52,140 nt of DNA, taken from positions 1-52,140 of the forward strand of contig JAXLQJ010000051.1 of the NCBI GenBank assembly GCA_046331705.1. Reading direction: 5' to 3'. Shown in pieces: positions 29,240 to 46,294 of this stretch. Under the pieces are notes generated by a model. It was not told the DNA's origin and did not search any database. It was given only the letters and a program-made list of their open reading frames with translations. The position numbers were made by a program, and so were the translations under genes. Within the stretch, counting starts at the first letter, position 1. The number at the start of each line of letters is the position of its first letter. This stretch comes from a bacterium (GTDB lineage Bacteria; JADJOY01).

Positions 29240-31414
29240 TCACGGCGTGACGGATGACCACTTCGACATGTCTCCCGTCTCGAAGTCGTCGCCGAACACA
29301 CCGCATTCGTCGCCGCTCACTGGAACGCAACCGCTGGCGACGATGGGGTCGTAATACACCGACTGCGCGTGGGTGAGCTGGGAAGCGTCGTCGTGCGGCG
29401 CGAGCATCGATCTCAGGTTCCCGCCTTCGGAGATGCCAACGGTGGGCGTGAGACCGGTGTTGCCGGCGCCATAGTTGAAGCGGATCGACCCGTTGGCGTT
29501 GAGGACCGCTTCGAAATTGACCGGGATGGCGCCGCTGTAGGTCTGCGCGTCCCAGCGGAACACGACGGCGTTCGGCGACGCGGTCACGTAGATGTCTCGG
29601 CCCGGCGGATCGGTCCTCAGATCGTCCCAGAGTGCGGCTACGATCGGCCGCTTCCCCAGGTTCGCGTCGCTGTTCTTGTACTCGAGGTTCGGGCCGCCGA
29701 AATCGAGGATGCCGTTCGAGCAGACGTAGACACTCGCGTAGAAGTTGCCGAAGTACTCGAACAGGAACGGTAAGGCATAACTCCAGCAGCCGTCGTCGTC
29801 TCGCCAGTTCTGCGCGACGCCGCCGCCCACGAGATCCTGTGTGACGAGCGACCGGGTGTAGTACGGCACCAACATCGTGAAGGTCGACGCGTCAGCGATA
29901 CCCGTGGGGGTGGTCACCACGACGGCATTCGGGCCGCCCGGCAGATCGTCCGGTACGGTGACGACGACGGCGTCGTTGCTCCAACTCGTGATCGCCGCGG
30001 TCCGCCCACCCACGGCGACCGATCCCGTTGCTTGTGCGGCGCCGAACCTCGCGCCCATCAGCGTGAGCGTGTCACCTGCGTAGGCGGCCGCCGGCGACAC
30101 GTAGAAGACGTGCGGTGCCGCGATGGTCGCGGTCAGCGCCTGGTAGGCGTTGATGCGGCCCCCGCTGAGGACCTTCCCGACCAGGCCCGGCTTCGACTCG
30201 GTCGTGAGAAGGATGCGGTCCTTCACGTCGTCGGAGGTGAGCGTCGGGAATTGCGACCAGACGAGCGCCGCAACGCCCGCGACGTGCGGTGTGGCCATCG
30301 AGGTGCCGGAGAGTATCCCGTAACTCCCCATGGCCACGGGAATGGTGCTCGAGATGTCCACGCCCGGCGCCGCGACGTCGACGCTCGTCACGCCGTAGCT
30401 CGAGAACGTCGCGCGCTGGTCCTTGCGGTCGGTCGCGGCGACGGCGATCACGTTCGAGCTCGCGTAGCCTGACGGGTAAAACGGCGTGACGTCGTTATCG
30501 GCGTTGTTGTTGCCGGCGGCTGCCACGAAGAGGATCCCCGCGCTGCCGGCAGCCTGGATCGCGTCACGGAGGCCTTGATCGAATCCGCCGCCCCCCCAGC
30601 TGTTGCTGGTGAGCTTGACTCCCATGGCCGTCGTGTACTGAACGCATTCGGTGGCGTCCGCAGCGTTGCCGGTTCCGGATGCGTTCAGGCACTTGCATGC
30701 CAAGAGCTTTGCCTTCCAGTCGACGCCAGTCACACCGATTCCGTTGTTCCCGACCGCGCCGATGGTGCCCGACACGTGAGTGCCGTGCTTGTTGTCGTCC
30801 ATCGGGTCACCGGTGCCGGTGATGGCGTTGATTCCGTGCACGTCGTCGACGTAGCCGTTTCCGTCATCGTCGACTCCGTTGCCCGGGATCTCGTTCGGGT
30901 TGGTCCAGACGTTCGCTGCGAGGTCCGGATGGTTGTAGTCGATACCCGTATCGATCACGCCGATCAGCACCGAACCTGCGTCGGTGGTGAGGTCCCAGGC
31001 TTCGGGCGCATCGATGTCCGCGTCCGGCGTGCCACCGTTCTGTCCCGTGTTGTGCAGCCCGTATAGATCGCCGAAGCCGGGATCGTTCGGCATGGCGAGC
31101 GCGTGCACGACGTAGTTTGGATTCGCGTACTCCACGAGAGGATTGCTCCCGAGGGAAGCGAGCACCTCGGTCACGTCGCGGGACACCTGCAGGCGCCACA
31201 CGTCGTTGATCCAATAGTGCTTGATCGCCCTGGCGCCCTCGGCGGCGAGCACAGCATCCACCTGCGGCGCGCGAACGCCGCTCTTGAAACGCACCAGCAC
31301 CTCACCAGCGACTTGCTCCGGCGGCGGTTCCTTCGCTGCAGCGATTCCGCAAGTCGCGATGGCGAGAGATGTGGAGACGACGATCCTGCAGGCCCGTCGG
31401 GACCAGAGCAACAT
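29240..31414 (-). CDS. Secreted subtilisin-family S8 serine protease with prodomain, IPT/TIG and NIDO-like domains
   Basis: Signal peptide; VIDTG, HGTHVSG, AAAGN, GTSMATPHV; ATG after GAGG. Confidence 0.92.
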   Translation of the reverse strand: MLLWSRRACRIVVSTSLAIATCGIAAAKEPPPEQVAGEVLVRFKSGVRAPQVDAVLAAEGARAIKHYWINDVWRLQVSRDVTEVLASLGSNPLVEYANPNYVVHALAMPNDPGFGDLYGLHNTGQNGGTPDADIDAPEAWDLTTDAGSVLIGVIDTGIDYNHPDLAANVWTNPNEIPGNGVDDDGNGYVDDVHGINAITGTGDPMDDNKHGTHVSGTIGAVGNNGIGVTGVDWKAKLLACKCLNASGTGNAADATECVQYTTAMGVKLTSNSWGGGGFDQGLRDAIQAAGSAGILFVAAAGNNNADNDVTPFYPSGYASSNVIAVAATDRKDQRATFSSYGVTSVDVAAPGVDISSTIPVAMGSYGILSGTSMATPHVAGVAALVWSQFPTLTSDDVKDRILLTTESKPGLVGKVLSGGRINAYQALTATIAAPHVFYVSPAAAYAGDTLTLMGARFGAAQATGSVAVGGRTAAITSWSNDAVVVTVPDDLPGGPNAVVVTTPTGIADASTFTMLVPYYTRSLVTQDLVGGGVAQNWRDDDGCWSYALPFLFEYFGNFYASVYVCSNGILDFGGPNLEYKNSDANLGKRPIVAALWDDLRTDPPGRDIYVTASPNAVVFRWDAQTYSGAIPVNFEAVLNANGSIRFNYGAGNTGLTPTVGISEGGNLRSMLAPHDDASQLTHAQSVYYDPIVASGCVPVSGDECGVFGDDFETGDMSKWSSVTP

Positions 31415-31687
31415 GTCCAACCTCGCTTCGGTGCAGCTCGTGATCACCGCGGAGAAGCGACGGGGGGGCCCGCAGTCGATGGTAGGCCCGGCTCGAACGC
31501 ACCGTCAACGCGCTGTCGGCGCAACGCCGCGCTTGCTGCTCCGATATCGCTCGGCGCAAGATGCCCGTGACGGCACGAAGCGTTCGCGCCCGCACTCCCC
31601 CCCGGCGACACCGAGTTGGTTTGCAGTTGAACACGGCCCGCGTGAGCGAGGCCGCGCAAGCCAGATCATCGGGGAGGTGAATCGGTC

Positions 31688-32797
31688 ATGAGACATCGAC
31701 GCTACGCGACTCGCGCGTCCAGCTGGATCGGAGCGTTCGTGCTCGTGGTCGCAGCCGCTTGCGATCCGATCTACACGTTTCACGAGGTGCTCGCCCCGGG
31801 AGGTATCTCCAGCCTGCATCAGCTCCCGGATGGCGCTTACCTACTCGGCGGGACCTACCAGAATACGAAGACTTCATTCTTCGACGCTGCGCTGATTCGG
31901 ATGAACGCGGCGGGCGAGATCGAGTGGATGCGCTTCTATCCGTATACGAATCTCCGGGGGGACGTGAACTCGATTCAGCCGACGGCGGACGGTGGGTACA
32001 TCCTCGCAGGAGAGCTCAACGGACCCCTGCCGCCCAGCACGCTTCTCGTCAAAACGGACGCCAACGGCTGGCCCCTATGGGAGCGCACCTACGACGACTA
32101 CCCGTATGCGATCGCAGTGACCGAGACCGAGGGTGGCTACGTATTCGCGGCTCGAACGCCCGGCGGCTCCGACTACCACCCCATCCTGGTGAAGACCGAT
32201 CGTTCCGGAGAAGTGCTGTGGGCGACGGTCTTCGCGCGCACGAACGAGCCATCGCGGGACATGGTGCCCGCTTCGGATGGTGGATTCGTGGTGGTGTCCT
32301 CGAATTCTCCCGGGGGCGTGATCACCAAGACCGACCAAGCGGGTCAGGTTGTGTGGACGAAGTCGGCATCCTTCCCACACTCGATCCGGCGGACGTCAGA
32401 CGACGGCTACATCGTGGCCGGGGGGAAGGACGACGTGTCGCTCAAGAAGATCGACGCCGCCGGTAATACGGTCTGGTCCAAGAGCTACGGCGGATCAGCT
32501 TCCGATACCGCTTGGGCCGTCGCCGTCGCGCTCGACGGCGGCTACGTGCTGGCTGGAGAGACCAAGTCGGCGGGCGTTGGCGTCAGCGACGCGTACCTCG
32601 TGAAGACCGATGCAAGCGGAAACCTCATCTGGGAAAAGACGTTCGGAGGCTCAGGATCTGAGACCGCTTACGCCGTCCTCGCGACCGCCGACGGCGGTTT
32701 CATGCTCGGCGGGAACACCGGCTCGATCCCAGGCATCTACGTTTACGGCCACGTCGTCAAGACCGATGCGGACGGCAATGCACCGCAGTTTCCGTGA
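31688..32797 (+). CDS. Lipoprotein with tandem xDGGYxxAG...LVKTDxxG..W repeats (probable beta-propeller)
   Basis: GGAGG RBS; lipobox VAAAC; about 7 repeat units; lower GC3 than core genes. Confidence 0.8.
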   Translation: MRHRRYATRASSWIGAFVLVVAAACDPIYTFHEVLAPGGISSLHQLPDGAYLLGGTYQNTKTSFFDAALIRMNAAGEIEWMRFYPYTNLRGDVNSIQPTADGGYILAGELNGPLPPSTLLVKTDANGWPLWERTYDDYPYAIAVTETEGGYVFAARTPGGSDYHPILVKTDRSGEVLWATVFARTNEPSRDMVPASDGGFVVVSSNSPGGVITKTDQAGQVVWTKSASFPHSIRRTSDDGYIVAGGKDDVSLKKIDAAGNTVWSKSYGGSASDTAWAVAVALDGGYVLAGETKSAGVGVSDAYLVKTDASGNLIWEKTFGGSGSETAYAVLATADGGFMLGGNTGSIPGIYVYGHVVKTDADGNAPQFP

Positions 32798-32896
32798 CGG
32801 TGACTCCCCCGCGGCCGGGAAGGCGGCGATCGCGGGCACGGGGATCTGCGACCGCGCCGACGCGCCACATGCACGCCCTCCAGACTCCTCCGCACT

Positions 32897-34045
32897 TCAC
32901 CTGCTGAGCACGGTCACGCAGCTCACGCCGGGGAAGCCGTAGACCTGCGTGTAGCCCAGCTTTGGCGAGCCGGGGACCTGGCGGGCGCCGGCTTCTCCGC
33001 GGAGCTGGACGCACACCTCGTAGATCTGGCGCAGGCCCGAGGCACCGATGGGCTCGCCGTTGGCCATGAGGCCGCCGTCGGTGTTGACCGGCAGCTTGCC
33101 GCCGATCGCGGTCGCGCCGTCGCGCACCAGCTTCTCTTGCTCGCCATCCTTGCAGAAGCCGTTTTCGGCGAGGTGCATGACCTCGTGGCCGACCTCGGTG
33201 TCCTGGACCTGCAGGACCTGCACGTCCTCGGGACCGATGCCGGCCATCTCGAACGCGGCGCGCGACGCTTGCACGGTGGGTGAGGGGACGTCCTTCACCG
33301 GCTTCGACGGGCTCAGCGTCTCGAAAGCGCCGTAAAGCCGAGTGCGAAACACGTCGGCGCGGATCTGGACCGCCTTCGAGGTGTAGCGCGCCGCCACGTC
33401 GCCGCGGCAGAGCACCAGTGCCGCAGCACCCTCGCTCGGCGAGCAGAAGTGGTACTTCCGGAGCGGATCGCACACCAGCGGGGAGTTCGCGATCTCGTCG
33501 TACGTGAGCTCGCTCTGCCGCCATGCGTTGGGGTTGAGTGAGCCGTTCTTGAAGGCCTTCACCGCAGTGCGGTGAAGCGTGTCCGCAGTGATCCCGTGGT
33601 CGTGCATGTAGCGCTGGGTCTTCATGGCGAAGAACTGCGGATTGAGTGCCAACCCGGTGGTGCCGTACCACTGGCCAAGGCCCAGCCCTTCCAGCGTGGC
33701 GCCCACCGAGAACGCACCGCGCGGGTGCTTGTCGAGCCCCACCACCAGCGCCACGTCGCCCTGGCCGGCGAGGATGGCGTTGGCCGCGTTGAGCATCAGG
33801 TTGCCGCCGGTGGCGCAACCGTTGAAGAGCGTGGTGAACGGGATGCCCGTGAGCCCGAGGTACTTGATCATCGCGTCGGGCTGGAGCGTTTCCAGGCTGC
33901 CGGCGAAGGCGAGGTGGACGTCCTTCCAGCCCACGCCTGCGTCGGCGAGCGCCGTGCGCGCGGCGGCCACACCCATCTCCATCGCCGAAACGCCGTCGTG
34001 ACGGCCGAACGGGTAAAGCCCGATGCCGATGATGGAGACGTTCAT
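32897..34045 (-). CDS. SCP2-type thiolase / lipid-transfer protein
   Basis: NGCATGG, CSPSEGAAA, LPVNTDGGL, GEPIGASGL, QLRGEAGARQV; ATGA overlap with the DUF35 gene. Confidence 0.92.
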   Translation of the reverse strand: MNVSIIGIGLYPFGRHDGVSAMEMGVAAARTALADAGVGWKDVHLAFAGSLETLQPDAMIKYLGLTGIPFTTLFNGCATGGNLMLNAANAILAGQGDVALVVGLDKHPRGAFSVGATLEGLGLGQWYGTTGLALNPQFFAMKTQRYMHDHGITADTLHRTAVKAFKNGSLNPNAWRQSELTYDEIANSPLVCDPLRKYHFCSPSEGAAALVLCRGDVAARYTSKAVQIRADVFRTRLYGAFETLSPSKPVKDVPSPTVQASRAAFEMAGIGPEDVQVLQVQDTEVGHEVMHLAENGFCKDGEQEKLVRDGATAIGGKLPVNTDGGLMANGEPIGASGLRQIYEVCVQLRGEAGARQVPGSPKLGYTQVYGFPGVSCVTVLSR

Positions 34046-34479
34046 CGCGATCCCTCCGCAGCCGGCTGGAAGGCGAAGGTCACGGTCTCGCGGCCGTCGG
34101 CCGCCACAGCGACCGTTTCGAGCACCAGATCCATCGTCATACCGATCTTCAGACGCGCCGGATCACTCACCGTGAGCCGCGACTCCACCCGCACCCCCTC
34201 GGGCAGCTCCACGTAGCCCACGCCGTACGGCTTGAAGCCGCCTGGTGGCGCCACGTACGGGATCGGCGGCGGGAAGCGCTGGATCGTCCACGTCCAGAGC
34301 GTGCCGCGCGTCGAAAGCTCGATCTCCTCGACCTTGGCGCCCGTGCACGCGGGGCAGCTTCCCTGCTTGGGGAACGCCACCTCGCCGCATGCGGCGCAGC
34401 GGCTCGCGAGCAAGCGCGGGCCCGCGGAATCGAGACGGAAAAGCCCCTCGGCGACGGGAACGGGAGTGGTCGGGGTCAT
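34042..34479 (-). CDS. DUF35 Zn-ribbon/OB-fold protein (ChsH2 C-terminal-like thiolase partner)
   Basis: CxxC...CxxC (CAAC, CPAC), GTLWTWT, GYVEL, IGM; GGAGG RBS. Confidence 0.9.
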   Translation of the reverse strand: MTPTTPVPVAEGLFRLDSAGPRLLASRCAACGEVAFPKQGSCPACTGAKVEEIELSTRGTLWTWTIQRFPPPIPYVAPPGGFKPYGVGYVELPEGVRVESRLTVSDPARLKIGMTMDLVLETVAVAADGRETVTFAFQPAAEGSR

Positions 34480-34638
34480 CGTGGGCCTCCGCTGCTGCAC
34501 GGGCGGAAGCTGGCCGCGCGCGCGGCGCGCACTCTACGATCTTCCAGCGGCGCGTGTCAGCGCTCTCGGTCACGGAACGAAGCGCGCTGTCGCTCCGACA
34601 ACCGCCTGCAACGACATCACGCGTCCGCGGTTCGACTT

Positions 34639-37766
<3,128 letters not shown>

Positions 37767-37770
<4 letters not shown>

Positions 37771-39016
37771 GCGGCCTCCACAGCCTGCGCACAGGTACGG
37801 CAAACAACCTGGCCAAGGTTGGCGCCGATCGTCGCGCTGCCGTCATAAAGAACGACGCCGGCGCCAAATCTCTTGCCCGCCGCACTCTGCAGCTTGCGGA
37901 GCCCGCGAAAGTCCGACGCACGGACTCGTCGCCGCTTTCGACTTCACGCCAGCGATGACGCCGTCGCCTTCCAGCACGATATCGACCTCGAAGTCGTCGC
38001 GGATCGCGAAAGTGGAACAACTCGATCGGGTCGGGGCGCCAACCTGCCTGGCGCCGAAGCTCCCGCAGCACGAACGTCTCCAGCATCGCTCCGAGCGCTC
38101 TCCGATCTGCATCCAGCCGCGCACTGTCGGCATCGAGCAGCGCGCACGCGACCCCGGTGTCGCACACGTGAAGTTTCGGGCGCTTCACGAGCCGGTTCAT
38201 GGGATTGACGTGCCAGGACGGCAGACGCTCCACGAGGAATGCTGTTCGAGCAGCGTGACGTGCTTCTCGTGAATGGTCTGACGCGTCAGCTCGAACGGCG
38301 CTGCGAGATCCGCGACATTGATGAGCTGTCCGGTGTGGGTCGCCGCAAGGCGGAGAAGCTTGGGCAGCGTGTCGAGGGAGCGCAGGCGAGTCAGATCTCG
38401 AACGTCGCGTTGGAGTTGCGTCTCCAGGTAGTCGCGGTACCAGGCACGGCGTCGCGCCGGCGCGCGCCGCAGGAGGGCGGCGGGATTAGCCGCCGTCGGC
38501 GATACGGCGAGCGAGATCTCGGTCGAGCGGCTCGCTGAGCGCCGTCCGAAACCGCCCGTGCAGCAAGTCGTCGAGAAAGCGCGCGCGGGTGTTTTCGATC
38601 TCGCATTGGGCGAGGGGGTGGAGCCTGAGAATCCCCATGCGGCCGGCGAGCGAGTCCGCGAGATCTGGCACGAGGAGCACGTTGGCGGAGCCGGTGAGGA
38701 TGAACCGTCCCGGCATCCGACGCGCGTCGATCACGGTCTTGAGCGCAGTGAAGATCTCCGGGACCCGCTGCACTTCGTCGAGGATGGACTTTGTCGATAA
38801 GCGGGCAACGAACCCGATTGGATCGGACTTCGCGGCGGCGCGCGCGGCGTCGTCATCGAAGGAAACGTAGCGGTAGCCGCGGCTCTCCCCGACGCTGCAC
38901 GCCAGCGTGGTCTTGCCGCTCTGCCGCGGCCCGTGGATGAGGACGGCCGGGGTATCCCGGAGCGCTTCGCGCAGCCGAGGTGCGAGGAATCGAGGATATG
39001 GCTGGCTGCGAGGCAT
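37767..39016 (-). pseudogene. AAA_14 ATPase + DUF4143 protein; frameshifted as sequenced
   Basis: Walker A GPRQSGKT, Walker B ILDEVQ, FILTGSA, SLAGR, KRPKLHVCDTG, LETFV, EVDIVLE; the motifs are split across frames. Confidence 0.8.
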
Positions 39017-39038
39017 ACCGATGAGCCCGGCTCGCGGG

Positions 39039-39086
39039 CGGCTGAATGCTAGTTCGCTAGTCGGCTGAACGCTAGTTTGCGTGTCG
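39039..39086. repeat. Tandem CGGCTGAA(T/C)GCTAGTT motif; second unit extends into a 21-bp element also found at 44376-44396
   Basis: 39039-39054 vs 39062-39077 match 15/16; 39066-39086 vs 44376-44396 match 20/21. Confidence 0.75.
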
Positions 39087-39176
39087 GCCAAGCGGTGGTT
39101 GGCCGCTCCGCCTGAGATCTCGGCGCGGCGGCGTCGACGATGGGCGCGGGTGACACCGTCATCCTGCGCCGTATGC

Positions 39177-40320
39177 TCACGATCCGTCGGCAGAGGCGCG
39201 GACGACTTCGAGTCGAGAGCCTGTACCCGTAGCCAGCCGACGAGGCGATCGGCCACGGCGTCGGCCTTCTCCGCCGCCGATCCGAAGCGGACGAGCACGC
39301 GCTTGCACGCGACCTTGAGCCTCGCCTGCATCGCCTCGCGCCGCTTCCAGTCGAGCGCCATGTTCTGCTCGGCTGTCGCCAGCAGCGAGTCGATGAGCTG
39401 TGCGCTTCCCGCGCCGATCGTAGCGGGATCAACGCTCTCGGCCCGCAGAAATGCCGCCACGCCGTCTCGCAACGTGGCGAGCGCGCCCTTGTACTCTGCC
39501 TGCAGCTCCGTGACCGGCCCCTCCGCCGGGAGGATGGCCGTACCCGCCACATCGGGCGCTGCACCATCGTCCCCATCAGCCTCCGACTCCTCGTCTGCCA
39601 CCGCCTCCACCAAGGCCGATTCGGCGGTCTTGAGAACTTCGACGTACGCCTCGCGATCGATCCCGTACAGCAGCCGGCTCGGCTCGACGCGCAGCTCGAT
39701 AGCCTCGCGACGCGGACCGGTTGCCACGGAGAGGACGACGATGGGGCGATCCTCGTCCTCGTCGATCCGAGCCTCCACGGATACCGCGCGATCGATGCGC
39801 TCGTTCAAGTGCGGGAAACTCTCGTAAGGCTCCCGTGTGGCGATCAAGTCGGGCTGCTTGCCCTCGAAGGCATTGAGCAAAATGCCCAGGATTGCGTCGC
39901 CCGCGTGAAGAAATGCGCGCGCGTGATCCGCGGCGATCGCGTCGAGAAAGCCATCCTTGCCATGCGCAACCGAGCCAGCTTCGTTGCGGATCGCTGTTAG
40001 ACCATCTGCAAGCTTGTTGAAGCCTGAGAGGACCAGGTCGAGCTTGCTTGCGCCGCGCGAGTTCTGCAGCCCCAGCGGCCGAAGAGCTGCCGTCAGAAGC
40101 TCCGTTGTCGAGGGCTGGGCCGACGGCATGGCTGCGCGGAACTCACCCATGATCGTGAGGCAAACGCTCTCGACGAACGACTTCACATGCTCGACGAGCC
40201 CGTGCGCGTTGCCATTGAAGCAGGCATCAAGTGCCTCGTAGCAGCGCGTCAGTGTCGGGGCGTCCGGCCAGCGCTGCTGAGCGCGCAGGTAGTTCGGCGC
40301 GAGCACAACGAGGTCTGGCA

Positions 40321-40321
<1 letters not shown>
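39177..40321 (-). CDS. Abortive-infection Abi_C (HEPN) protein with a C-terminal HsdR-CTD-like domain; 3' end uncertain
   Basis: KSFVESVCLTI and the RNEAGSVAHG R-x-H motif; ATG overlaps the hsdS stop (TGATG); the frame stays open into the downstream AAA gene, but one added base would bring TGA 39177-39179 in frame. Confidence 0.72.
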
Positions 40322-43182
<2,861 letters not shown>

Positions 43183-43637
43183 TCGATGCCCTCGGCTGCG
43201 GCGTGCTCGGTTGTGCGTTGCGCGCGGTTCGGCTGCTGTCGGCGGCGAGTCGAACGTCAGGCTCCGGGTGTGCGATCCGCCGTCCTGCCCGGATCAACGC
43301 GCGCTGAATCTTACTGCGTTGACGCGTGGGTGAAAGCACTAGCCTCGCGATTCCATTGAACAATCGCATGCCGTCGCCGAGAACACCAATGACACGTTCG
43401 GGCGCGGAGGACTGACCGTGGCGCGCGACGAGAGGGCACAGGTGCCGCGTCACAGCGTGTCCGGGTGGTTGTGTCCGACTCCGAGGGACGGGTGTCGCCC
43501 TTCAGGGAGATCCCGGCTGGGCGAGATCGGCACACGCCACGGCTGGAGTGGCTCGACTCAGCGAACCTGTGGCGCCTCCATTCGAGTAGGATGGGACACG
43601 CGAGGCAGCGCTCGGCGAGCTCGTAGGAGTGAAAGAT

Positions 43638-43886
43638 ATGCACTGGCAAGACCACGTCACACGGGATTCGTCCATCTGCGGCGGTCAACCGATCATCAAG
43701 GGGACGCGGGTGCTGCTCCGAACCGTCCTCGGATACCTGGCCCACGGTGAGCCCCCCGAAGCCATTCTCACGGATTTCCCAACGCTGACGGCGGAGGACG
43801 TTCGAGCGGTGATCGCGTTCGCTGCCGATTCGGCGAGCGAAGACCTTCCCGCGCCTCCGGCCGAGCCGTTCGGCGCCCGGCTGTGA
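43638..43886 (+). CDS. DUF433 antitoxin (VapB45-like)
   Basis: ICGGQPIIKGTRV, EAILTDFPTLTAEDVRAVIAFAA; AGGAG RBS. Confidence 0.9.
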   Translation: MHWQDHVTRDSSICGGQPIIKGTRVLLRTVLGYLAHGEPPEAILTDFPTLTAEDVRAVIAFAADSASEDLPAPPAEPFGARL

Positions 43887-44243
43887 TTCGGCTGAAGCTC
43901 GACGAGAACCTTCCGGTCCGCCTTCGTCGGCCAGCTCGAAGCGCTCGGCTATGACGTCGACACGATCCCCGAAGAAGGGCTGGCGGGGGAGACGGACGAA
44001 CACGTCTGGCTCGCCGCCGTGGGTGCCGGCCGCTTCCTCGTCACTCAGGACCTAGACTTCTCGGACACGCGCCGGTTTCGTCCCGGCACACATCCCGGCT
44101 TGCTGCTCGTTCGGGTCCCCCAGGAGGACCAGTGGCGGCTGTGCGAACTGGTCACGAGCTGGTTCCGGTCGGACGACTCGGGGTCGTGGGGTGGGTGCGT
44201 CGTCGTCGCCACGCCACGCAAGGTGCGCGTCCGCAGGCCATGA
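43883..44243 (+). pseudogene. DUF5615 PIN-like toxin (VapC45-like) with a +1 frameshift as sequenced
   Basis: GTG overlaps the antitoxin stop; KLDENLP in one frame, then GYDVDT...ETDEHVW...FLVTQDLDFSD in the next; extra base near 43915-43925. Confidence 0.8.
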
Positions 44244-44358
44244 CTTCCTGAGCGTGCGCTTGGGCGCCAACGCGCTGCGGTCTCTCCTTCGGCTCGCGGA
44301 CGAGATCGGCCAACCGATGCGCTCGCTGAATGGCACTCGCGCCGCCTCGCGGATCGCC

Positions 44359-44388
44359 TTGCTTCGCCGGCATGGTGAACGCTAGTTT
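44359..44388 (+). promoter_or_regulatory. Candidate sigma70 promoter for glmS
   Basis: TTGCTT-N18-TAGTTT, about 55 nt upstream of the ATG; overlaps the 21-bp repeat. Confidence 0.3.
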
Positions 44389-44396
44389 ACGTGTCG
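44376..44396. repeat. 21-bp direct repeat copy (partner at 39066-39086)
   Basis: TGAACGCTAGTTTACGTGTCG vs TGAACGCTAGTTTGCGTGTCG. Confidence 0.75.
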
Positions 44397-44442
44397 CTCG
44401 CCGGCCGGATCCCGGGGCGGCGGGCGGAAAGGCTCGACGATC

Positions 44443-46278
<1,836 letters not shown>

Positions 46279-46294
46279 GGCGCGGGCGGACACC

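Noticed and set aside
29111-33013. Thiolase repeat pair as a diversity-generating retroelement TR/VR
   Set aside because: The mismatches are not adenine-specific, many are synonymous, and no reverse transcriptase is present.
44244-44442. glmS ribozyme
   Set aside because: The leader is short and I see no recognisable ribozyme core sequence.
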